A DNA stretch of 64,000 nucleotides, from the IMG/VR virus record IMGVR_UViG_3300044922_000175, positions 61,940-125,939 of that record, one strand, 5' to 3'. Each line of letters opens with the position of its first letter. Within the stretch, counting starts at the first letter, position 1. A model generated the notes under the pieces. That model saw nothing but the letters and a program-made list of their open reading frames with translations. It was not told the origin of the DNA and did not search any database. Of the stretch, positions 51,905 through 58,988 are shown one piece after another. The stretch comes from a virus. Both the position numbers and the translations under genes were made by a program.

Positions 51905-52130
51905 CTTCTACAACGTCTACAATGCTTTCAAAGTTTTCAGGTTTACCATTTGTAGTAATAATCATATAAAGTAATGTATCAATTGTCTTAGATGCAATCT
52001 TTGACTTACATTCTTTACCATTACCAAAATATGCTTCTTTATCATCACGATGAAAAGCATTCCATTGTTTTGTGTACGTGTTGTAATTAAACAACCAGTT
52101 GTACAAGCTGTGTTCTATCTCATTGATCAT
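51897..52130 (-). CDS. Hypothetical protein
   Basis: 77-aa ORF overlapping both neighbours. Confidence 0.65.
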   Translation of the reverse strand: MINEIEHSLYNWLFNYNTYTKQWNAFHRDDKEAYFGNGKECKSKIASKTIDTLLYMIITTNGKPENFESIVDVVEDE

Positions 52131-52635
52131 AAGCTAATCCTATATTTCCTCTTACTTGACTTTGCTGTTCTTCAGCTAAATCTTTATACGCTCCCTTAAA
52201 TGACTGTCTAATCTGCTCAAACTTAGCAGCAGCATTCACTAAAGCTGTAATATTACCATCTCTACCATGCTGTATTTCCGTAGTCTCCATGTAATGGGCT
52301 AATCTATCCAGCATAGACTTAATTCCTACATACGTTCTATACGTGGGAGTCTCGTATAACTTCTTACATGTATTCATACCCCGGATAATAAATTCATCCT
52401 CAGTAGAAACATCCATATCAATCTCAGACATAATAATCTCTTCCTTCTCATGTTCAGGAACATTGAAGAAAGGATTAAGATCTGGGTTAGGGCAAGTCAT
52501 ATAAAACAGGTAGGTATATACTTTTAAATAATCCTCTGGATATTCCGTCATTATATCATTAAGAGAGGAGATTGTATAACAATGTTCCGTAGGAACCACT
52601 TTATTATTAACTATATCAAATAGTTTAATTAGCAT
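52120..52635 (-). CDS. Candidate terminase small subunit
   Basis: 171-aa helical protein two genes upstream of terL. Call is positional only. Confidence 0.45.
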   Translation of the reverse strand: MLIKLFDIVNNKVVPTEHCYTISSLNDIMTEYPEDYLKVYTYLFYMTCPNPDLNPFFNVPEHEKEEIIMSEIDMDVSTEDEFIIRGMNTCKKLYETPTYRTYVGIKSMLDRLAHYMETTEIQHGRDGNITALVNAAAKFEQIRQSFKGAYKDLAEEQQSQVRGNIGLAYDQ

Positions 52636-53437
52636 CTTGTTTATGTTTAATTAGGTTTATCACCTCTGTTTTAAGGTAGGGTAGATCATAAGGAACAATC
52701 TTTTTAACTAAGGGTTCCCCTTGATTATCAAGCTTAGTAATAGGGTTACCAAACTTATCTGTACCCTCTGTATAAAACAAAACGTGGTGAATTGTTAGTT
52801 TTCCCGGTTTTAGTTTTGGGTTGTGCTTCAATATAATATACATATATGTAGACAACTGTAGTGCATAATGCCAGAAATTACAGTCATCTAAATGACTTAC
52901 AGGTGCTGACATCTTTTGACTAATACCCTCCCAATTTACATAGGATTCTTTCTTTATCTCTTTATTCGTCTTATAATCTGTGATATTTACATAACCTTTT
53001 GCCACCTCTACAAGATCAGATTGACCACATATACCAGCAGACTTCAAGTAAACAAAATGCTCCGGATACATACCCTCTACTAGCTTCTGTGCTGGAGCAT
53101 ACTTTATATCATCAGTAACTAGGGGCCTAATAATAGGGAGAATACAACCGTGTCTTTCAATAGTATTTAACTGGAGTAAGTCTGCTTCACGCTGATTGTG
53201 ATACCAGTTACCCTGATCAATAGCCCTATTAGATTCATTAGACCAAGCCTGTAAGATATCCTCTACAGTCATACCGTACCACTTAGACTTCTTAGACTTA
53301 GCTGACTTCTCTGCTACAGTTTGAGCATCAAATGGCTTCTTATACTTAGATATAAAAGAGGTGACTGAGGTCCATTCAATACCATCACTGTCTACAGACT
53401 CGTATTTATGATTCTGGGATTTAAATATTACACTCAT
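52625..53437 (-). CDS. PD-(D/E)xK (RecB/Cas4-like) nuclease
   Basis: GICGQSDLV...ITDYKTNK and YALQLSTY match RecB-family motifs II, III and QxxxY. Confidence 0.8.
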   Translation of the reverse strand: MSVIFKSQNHKYESVDSDGIEWTSVTSFISKYKKPFDAQTVAEKSAKSKKSKWYGMTVEDILQAWSNESNRAIDQGNWYHNQREADLLQLNTIERHGCILPIIRPLVTDDIKYAPAQKLVEGMYPEHFVYLKSAGICGQSDLVEVAKGYVNITDYKTNKEIKKESYVNWEGISQKMSAPVSHLDDCNFWHYALQLSTYMYIILKHNPKLKPGKLTIHHVLFYTEGTDKFGNPITKLDNQGEPLVKKIVPYDLPYLKTEVINLIKHKQDAN

Positions 53438-53769
53438 AGTTTAGATAATAAATCATTCTCTTGTTCTTCAGTAAGTAAAGCTGGCCATTTCTTTAATGGA
53501 CACTCAGAAGATAAACTCCGTGTCTTAAACTTTAAAGAACACCCACACTCAGAACAACATGGTTGTGTACCAGGTGCTAAACAATTAACACCACTAAGAT
53601 CTACATTAGGACAAGCCAAACAAATAGTGTTACGCTCAAGAGCAATCTGCTCAATAGTATCTGTAGTAAACAAATAATTCTTAATTCCCTCAAGAATAAG
53701 TTCTTTGTTATTCCACAGAGTCGTCAGTTTGTTGTTTTTTATTTTTTCTATGATCTTTCTTTTTCTCAT
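53434..53769 (-). CDS. Cys-rich hypothetical protein
   Basis: ICLAC...NC...CCSECGC...ECP..KW. The start is uncertain because of a 62-nt overlap with the upstream gene. Confidence 0.65.
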   Translation of the reverse strand: MRKRKIIEKIKNNKLTTLWNNKELILEGIKNYLFTTDTIEQIALERNTICLACPNVDLSGVNCLAPGTQPCCSECGCSLKFKTRSLSSECPLKKWPALLTEEQENDLLSKL

Positions 53770-54091
53770 ACTCTTCTTTCATTTTAATCTCTAAATTTTG
53801 CATCTTCTCTAGCTTATCCACTGTACCCTTGTACACGTGATACCTAGAAAAAATTAAATTCTCCCGGTTTTCTAAATACTCAGAATACCTCCGGATATTA
53901 GTCTGGAGAATATCCCACTTAATATTAAACGTACCAAGACCATCTATAAGTACATGGGGATCCTCTAAAGAAGAGAGAGACTTCCTAGCTTTATCCCAGT
54001 AAAAGTCCGTCACTGCTTTAATAACCTTTTGTTCCATGTCTAACTCTACAGCTGTCTCCTTTAAAATGTCCTTATACTTCTTCGGATTCAA
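53708..54091 (-). CDS. HU/IHF-like protein
   Basis: Two helices followed by HVLIDGLGTFNIK, matching the HU signature. Confidence 0.65.
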   Translation of the reverse strand: MNPKKYKDILKETAVELDMEQKVIKAVTDFYWDKARKSLSSLEDPHVLIDGLGTFNIKWDILQTNIRRYSEYLENRENLIFSRYHVYKGTVDKLEKMQNLEIKMKEEYEKKKDHRKNKKQQTDDSVE

Positions 54092-54440
54092 GACTTACAA
54101 ATTTATAATCTAATAAAACATTACCCTTTGCTTGCACATTAAGAAAAGTTGCTAACCTAATCATCTTCCTACCCTTACCATTCTTCTCAATCATCCCCTT
54201 ACGCTCAAACTTAATAACCGCATTACGCACAGACTGAGGGGTTTTAAATATCCCCTCATCTGATGCATAATTACAAAACTCGGTAAGCTCAATCTCCCCG
54301 TTAAATGCAAGCATAGTAAGACAATCCAAATCAGCATTACTAACAGTAATCCTCTCTAAATAACAATGTGTAAGGAGCTGATACTTTACAATATCCCCCT
54401 TACTCATCTTAACCTTCTTACTAACTTGATTTACAATCAT
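54072..54440 (-). CDS. Winged-helix DNA-binding protein
   Basis: TPQSVRNAVIKFERKGMIEK..G is a wHTH-type recognition helix and wing. Confidence 0.6.
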   Translation of the reverse strand: MIVNQVSKKVKMSKGDIVKYQLLTHCYLERITVSNADLDCLTMLAFNGEIELTEFCNYASDEGIFKTPQSVRNAVIKFERKGMIEKNGKGRKMIRLATFLNVQAKGNVLLDYKFVSLESEEV

Positions 54441-54676
54441 GACCTTTTAAGTGTTCTGGGTTGTTCAGCTTCCTCCTCTTCAGGTTCTTCAGCCAACATA
54501 TTAGCCACCATCACCTGAAACTGTAAGCGCTTAGCTCTCTGTTCCTCAATGTCAGTGATTAACGTTTCATACTTTAACTGTACAGTTAAAAACTCTACTT
54601 GCTCAGTATAGTACTGAACCAACTTGTCTTTGCGCTCTTTTACCTCTTCAGGTGTAAGCTCTTTATTTTCTTCCAT
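54437..54676 (-). CDS. Coiled-coil hypothetical protein
   Basis: The likely start is MEENKELT at 54676, downstream of the track start. Confidence 0.65.
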   Translation of the reverse strand: MEENKELTPEEVKERKDKLVQYYTEQVEFLTVQLKYETLITDIEEQRAKRLQFQVMVANMLAEEPEEEEAEQPRTLKRS

Positions 54677-54681
54677 AATTA

Positions 54682-54807
54682 TTAAATTTCCCAATATATA
54701 AATACTAACTCATTGCAATCACAGGGATCTCTAGAGTCCATGGGTTTACCACACCTAATACAACTAGTGCCTGGTTTACCATCATCCTTAACTTCTTCAT
54801 TCTCCAT
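54682..54807 (-). CDS. 41-aa zinc-ribbon-like protein, first gene of the late strand
   Basis: Translated by hand: MENEEVKDDGKPGTSCIRCGKPMDSRDPCDCNELVFIYWEI (CxxC...CxC). Absent from the ORF track. Confidence 0.6.
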   Translation of the reverse strand: MENEEVKDDGKPGTSCIRCGKPMDSRDPCDCNELVFIYWEI

Positions 54808-55002
54808 GATATACAAGATTACACTTTATATATTTACCCCCACTAACATTTTACCAACAAATACCCCCCGTACATGGGGTTCACTCTAATACCCCCTACC
54901 ACGTATATGGAGATTGTTTTATGTATGGGGGTGTGGAAGACTATAAGCTATCAACTCCCCTCCTTACTTTTAGCAGGGACTAACCCCCTCTGCTGAACTA
55001 CC

Positions 55003-55260
55003 ATGCTGTACTTTTACAAAAAAACTGAACGTGCTATCGTTTGCACAGACAAGATCTTTGGTAAGAAAATCAAAGTAACTCTTGAAAACGGAAATGAAAT
55101 TGAGGTAAATGCTCAAGTGAAATTTGGCATCATTGCAATCGGAGACCAAGAGATTGGTGAGATTGCTCAAGGTACTAAATTGCCTTTTACTCTCACTAAC
55201 CAAAAAGTGAAAGATCAAGAGGGCAATGAAACCAGCCTGTATTGGTGCACACCTGATTAA
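55003..55260 (+). CDS. Hypothetical protein, first gene of the plus strand
   Basis: 85-aa ORF with strong codon bias, followed by a hairpin. Confidence 0.65.
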   Translation: MLYFYKKTERAIVCTDKIFGKKIKVTLENGNEIEVNAQVKFGIIAIGDQEIGEIAQGTKLPFTLTNQKVKDQEGNETSLYWCTPD

Positions 55261-55604
55261 GGTGTGCCCTTACGGGTTACAGGCATAAGCACTTTCTATA
55301 CAAGTTCCTAATTGTCCAGGGATTAAATCATGGTGGCTCCATGAGCTTGTTATATAGTTAAATATAGTTTTGTTTAACTTTTAAAACTATAAACCCCGTA
55401 AATCCTGAGACAATTGTCATAATGTTTAACTTTTTTATGACAAACTGTATAATACAGTAGACATGTGTAAGGGTGTGTGTGAGTGTGACTAAAACACTTC
55501 ACACCAAAACATCATGTGGGACAAAGTGGTAAGAAGTGGGGTCAGATGGGGAAGATAGGACCATTATATGGCTAATTGATTGAATAACATGCTTTAATGC
55601 ATCA

Positions 55605-55890
55605 TAACCTACTTCACAAGGGTAGGCAAATATGTAGTACACTTTGATAAGCATAGCATAGAAGCTTATTGGATTGGTCTAAGACTAGGATGAAAGACTC
55701 CTATTACTACATATTTGAATGCAGAGTGGAGTAACTAAATCATATAGGCAAGTTCCAAAGCCTTAAGTGCGGAAATGATGGATAGGTTTGTTCCGCTGTA
55801 GTAATACAGTATCTCAAAACAGAGCCATTGAAGTAAGGTAGTTGAAGTCATCCCTTACAAACACCTAAGCATGTGTTTAAACTGCTTCTT
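55605..55890 (+). ncRNA. Candidate structured non-coding RNA
   Basis: No ORF of 60 aa or more. Contains a 10-bp long-range stem (55702-55711/55797-55806), several hairpins and an H-type pseudoknot (55859-55887). Strand is uncertain. Confidence 0.5.
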
Positions 55891-55955
55891 ATACTCTATG
55901 GTATTATACCTACTAGTATTACCGGATTTTTTAATTGAGCTAAACTTAAATAGAT

Positions 55956-56150
55956 ATGATACAGAATATTAATCAAGAGATAGAGTCTCTTAAGATTGAG
56001 ATTGCGGCACTTAGGGTAATCTATACCCGGATTAATCAATATGCTCTAGAAACTTATGGAAGTAGTATTCTTGAGATTGAGAGTTCTTTAGAGTTTAAAG
56101 AAAGATTACTCTCTTGTATTGATGATGAGGGAGATTGGTTTAATGAATAA
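55956..56150 (+). CDS. Hypothetical protein
   Basis: 64-aa ORF with an A-rich leader. Confidence 0.6.
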   Translation: MIQNINQEIESLKIEIAALRVIYTRINQYALETYGSSILEIESSLEFKERLLSCIDDEGDWFNE

Positions 56151-56162
56151 ATATACACAGAT

Positions 56163-56327
56163 ATGACTTTTGAAGAAGCATCGGATATGTTTGCTATGTA
56201 TAGCATCAGTCCACAGTTAACTTGTCAGTGTGATGAAGAATTAAGAGTTCTTTGTCAGCAATGCTATGAAGACGCTAAGAATGAAAGTGATCTTAATGCA
56301 TTAGAGAATCAAACTTATGAAGGATAA
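56163..56327 (+). CDS. 54-aa protein with CxC...CxxC motif
   Basis: Translated by hand: MTFEEASDMFAMYSISPQLTCQCDEELRVLCQQCYEDAKNESDLNALENQTYEG. Confidence 0.6.
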   Translation: MTFEEASDMFAMYSISPQLTCQCDEELRVLCQQCYEDAKNESDLNALENQTYEG

Positions 56328-56335
56328 ATATACAA

Positions 56336-56367
56336 CTTGCCCTATTACCGGGTGAGTTGTATATTTG
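56336..56367 (+). promoter_or_regulatory. Bacteroidota sigma-A type promoter for the tRNA cluster, embedded in a long hairpin
   Basis: TATATTTG at 56360-56367 and (C)TTG at 56336-56339 with a 20-nt spacer. Both lie within the inverted repeat 56327-56365. Confidence 0.6.
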
Positions 56368-56373
56368 TACTAT

Positions 56374-56459
56374 GCTACTATGGCGGAATAGGTAGACGCG
56401 CAGGACTTAAAATCCTGTTGTCAGTAATGACAGTGTGGGTTCGATTCCCACTGGTAGTA
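56374..56459 (+). tRNA. trnL: tRNA-Leu(TAA), type II, CCA not encoded
   Basis: Full cloverleaf: acceptor GCTACTA/TGGTAGT, anticodon arm CAGGA-CTTAAAA-TCCTG, variable arm TGTCA/TGACA, T arm GTGGG-TTCGATT-CCCAC, discriminator A. Confidence 0.95.
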
Positions 56460-56545
56460 CAAACTTAATTCCGTGGGGGAATTGAGTGTTTTGTAAAATG
56501 TACTTAGTAGCATACCGTAAGATCTGCTACTAGGTCTTTTTAAAT

Positions 56546-56673
56546 AGTCAGGTGGCGGAAATTGGTAGACGCATGAATAAGGGTTAATAGTAAAGATAAC
56601 GTAGAGTAACCTTGAAACACCCGTAAAGTTCAGCTCATAAGTTATCATACAGGTTCAAATCCTGTCCTGACTG
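56546..56673 (+). ncRNA. tRNA-like RNA with a 42-nt insertion in the anticodon arm (GTA anticodon in one fold)
   Basis: Perfect acceptor AGTCAGG/CCTGACT, Leu-type D arm and T arm ACAGG-TTCAAAT-CCTGT. There are 76 nt between the D and T arms, against 35 nt in the neighbouring tRNA-Leu. Confidence 0.75.
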
Positions 56674-56740
56674 CAAAGGCTACCCAATAGTGGCCCTAAC
56701 CAATGAGTGGTTAAAATCTTTTTCATATCTGTATTACGTC

Positions 56741-56770
56741 AAAGGAGGTTATTGGGCCTCCTTTTTCTTT
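56741..56770 (+). terminator. Intrinsic terminator closing the tRNA unit
   Basis: AAAGGAGG/CCTCCTTT stem followed by TTTTTCTTTT. Confidence 0.8.
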
Positions 56771-56812
56771 TAGCAGATATATAATCTTGTAACTAATTAA
56801 TAAAAACCACAT

Positions 56813-56995
56813 ATGAAAAAATTTAATTTTAAACTAGTGTCCTCATTGATAATGACCGCATTAGGAATCACACAAATTTGTACTATGGTATTGCTTATGT
56901 TTACCGGTAATGTAAATTATCTGTATGCTGCCGTATCATTATTAGTATCAATGTTCTTTGTTATGGTATTCTTTGACCGTTTTATTGAAGATTAA
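56813..56995 (+). CDS. Small two-TM membrane protein
   Basis: 60 aa with a basic N-terminus and two hydrophobic helices. Confidence 0.65.
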   Translation: MKKFNFKLVSSLIMTALGITQICTMVLLMFTGNVNYLYAAVSLLVSMFFVMVFFDRFIED

Positions 56996-56996
56996 C

Positions 56997-57242
56997 ATGA
57001 GCCAGATACTTTCTTACCGTAAAACTGAAGAACCAGGTAAAATCATTCTTCTTGTCAAAGACATAAAGGGTGGTGAACATGAGGTTGGTCCCGTTAATCA
57101 TATAGATTTAAACTTCTATATGCAAGGTGGACATGTGCAATCAGCATTTCCTTATCTTAGTGTAGATCAGAGAGAGTTAATTATCTCTGGCTATACACAA
57201 CAGATGTGGGATGATTTAGTGGCCGGAATCGGAGGACTGTAG
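56997..57242 (+). CDS. Hypothetical protein
   Basis: The likely start is MSQILSY at 56997. Contains AFPYLSVDQRELIISG...WDDL. Confidence 0.65.
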   Translation: MSQILSYRKTEEPGKIILLVKDIKGGEHEVGPVNHIDLNFYMQGGHVQSAFPYLSVDQRELIISGYTQQMWDDLVAGIGGL

Positions 57243-57290
57243 GTCGTATACTACAGTCCAATGTGTTTTTAAATATTAATATTTGTAACC

Positions 57291-57317
57291 GGGGGTGTAT
57301 ACGAGCACCCCTTTTTT
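57291..57317 (+). terminator. Intrinsic terminator
   Basis: GGGGTG/CACCCC stem followed by TTTTTT. Confidence 0.75.
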
Positions 57318-57332
57318 AATTAAACTACTACA

Positions 57333-57965
57333 ATGAACTCTTTTACATTTAAAAAAGCAAAAAAAGTACAGTGTTTTCATGATGATAACACACAACTTAT
57401 GCTGGTTATTTATGATAGCTGGCATTGGTCCTATGATTACAGCAAGAAAAAACTAAGTGTTTGGTTTGCTACAACTCCTACAAAATGGACTAAAAACATT
57501 CCTGTTCAGGACTTTTCTATTAAAATACAGACTCCTATCTATTTCAAAGATGGTAGACTATCTGTTAGGCGTAAGCCCGTTTATGAAAAACAGAGTGTAG
57601 ATTGGGATCAAGATAGTGCACACTGTGTATCTTTTAAGATTTCATTCTTTAGTAACTATTTTAATCTATCATTTGATGAATCAGTAGATGCTCTTTATGG
57701 TGATGACATTATTGTTATCCTTGAAAGTATGCGCGGATTTTTTACAGAATTTAGAGAGGAACTTAAAAGAATAAAGTCTTTTGATCTAGATACTGTAGAT
57801 GCTATCTTAACATCTCTAAACTGCAGATTATGTAAGTTTGGTATAAACAACTCTACTCCTGAAAAAGTTAGGGATGAAAGAATTCCAAAAAGATATAGTA
57901 TCTTGCCGGCAACTCAATCAATATTCAATGAAGAAACTACTGATATTGACCCTCTTCCTTTCTAA
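57333..57965 (+). CDS. Hypothetical protein
   Basis: 210-aa ORF with an acidic ...DIDPLPF tail. Confidence 0.65.
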   Translation: MNSFTFKKAKKVQCFHDDNTQLMLVIYDSWHWSYDYSKKKLSVWFATTPTKWTKNIPVQDFSIKIQTPIYFKDGRLSVRRKPVYEKQSVDWDQDSAHCVSFKISFFSNYFNLSFDESVDALYGDDIIVILESMRGFFTEFREELKRIKSFDLDTVDAILTSLNCRLCKFGINNSTPEKVRDERIPKRYSILPATQSIFNEETTDIDPLPF

Positions 57966-58269
57966 TACATTGTACTCTCAATCTATTAAGATTAAAGTAC
58001 ATAAATTTGAAAGTGATGAAATCTGTCACCGGTTAACTTGTGATGATACAGCCGCTGTTATTAGTTTAGCAGAAGAAGAGGGTGTAGATAATGCCTTTGT
58101 AATGAAAGTATCAGAACAGAAGATGTTAGTTACTATGAAATGTGACGATTGTGAAGTACAGTACGTGCTTTATGATCGTTACATACACATGATTGTTAAA
58201 TATTACCCAACTAAAACCCTATTTTATGACAAAAACTACAATGTTTACAAACCCAAGACCTGTGATTGA
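57928..58269 (+). CDS. Putative secreted protein
   Basis: Starting from the second Met, MKKLLILTLFLSNTLYSQ is a Bacteroidota-style signal peptide. Confidence 0.55.
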   Translation: MKKLLILTLFLSNTLYSQSIKIKVHKFESDEICHRLTCDDTAAVISLAEEEGVDNAFVMKVSEQKMLVTMKCDDCEVQYVLYDRYIHMIVKYYPTKTLFYDKNYNVYKPKTCD

Positions 58270-58413
58270 AGGTAAAATCATAGGTAAAGTGTCACAGAAT
58301 GGCACTATTATTGGTCTTATGGTTAAGACCGGTCAAAGAATTACAATGATGAAGTACTCTGGTTCCGTATAAACTAGAGTATTTCGTATTTAGATTAGTT
58401 ATAAGTTGAAAAC

Positions 58414-58443
58414 AATGGGGGTCTATACGGTACCCCCATTTTT
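58414..58443 (+). terminator. Intrinsic terminator
   Basis: AATGGGGGT/ACCCCCATT stem followed by TTT. Confidence 0.7.
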
Positions 58444-58456
58444 AATCTAAAATCCT

Positions 58457-58951
58457 ATGATACTAAAAGTTAATGATGATCTCAGTGTGACTCACACTAA
58501 ATCGTACAAGAAATTGTTTATTGTTTCTCTATCCCTGAATGTAATACTATTGTTTACATCTATGATGGATCTAAGTACCGAGATTGTCTCGGTAGTTAAA
58601 GACACTGTTACAATTGAAAAGACTGTGGAAGATATGAAACTTACTGACTCTGGCTTAACAGCTGAGTTAGTGAAGTATGGCTGTGTATTACCGGCTGTTG
58701 CTGTTGCCCAAGCTAAGATAGAATCTAGTATTGGTAAAAGTAACGTTGGTGTAAAAGCCAAGAACATGTTTGGATTAACTTACCATAAGTGTAAGTATGT
58801 AGATGGCAAACATGGTGTATATGCAAAGTATAAGTCTTACAGAGACAATGTAAGATGCTATATTGATATACAGAATAAGTATCTACGTAAAATTGATGGT
58901 GTCTACGCCAGTGACCCAAACTACCTGAGTGCTCTTAGAGCCGCTAAATAA
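58457..58951 (+). CDS. Membrane-anchored GH73/FlgJ-like peptidoglycan glucosaminidase
   Basis: AVAQAKIES...KNMFGL...YAKYKSYRDNVR.Y...YASDPNY are GH73 motifs. There is an N-terminal TM helix. Confidence 0.8.
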   Translation: MILKVNDDLSVTHTKSYKKLFIVSLSLNVILLFTSMMDLSTEIVSVVKDTVTIEKTVEDMKLTDSGLTAELVKYGCVLPAVAVAQAKIESSIGKSNVGVKAKNMFGLTYHKCKYVDGKHGVYAKYKSYRDNVRCYIDIQNKYLRKIDGVYASDPNYLSALRAAK

Positions 58952-58988
58952 GCTCGCAATGTGGTAGTTGATTAGAGAATTAGTAAAT

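Noticed and set aside
56421-56648. 75-aa minus-strand ORF
   Set aside because: It is antisense to tRNA-Leu and the tRNA-like RNA and has no protein features.
56546-56770. tmRNA, tRNA-Sec or theta (HDV-like) ribozyme
   Set aside because: The element is too short for tmRNA and has a D stem. It has no UCA anticodon or extended acceptor stem. The trailer lacks the nested double-pseudoknot order of HDV-like ribozymes.
58262-58372. 36-aa GTG-start ORF after 57928..58269
   Set aside because: It is plausible by overlap but too short and featureless to support.
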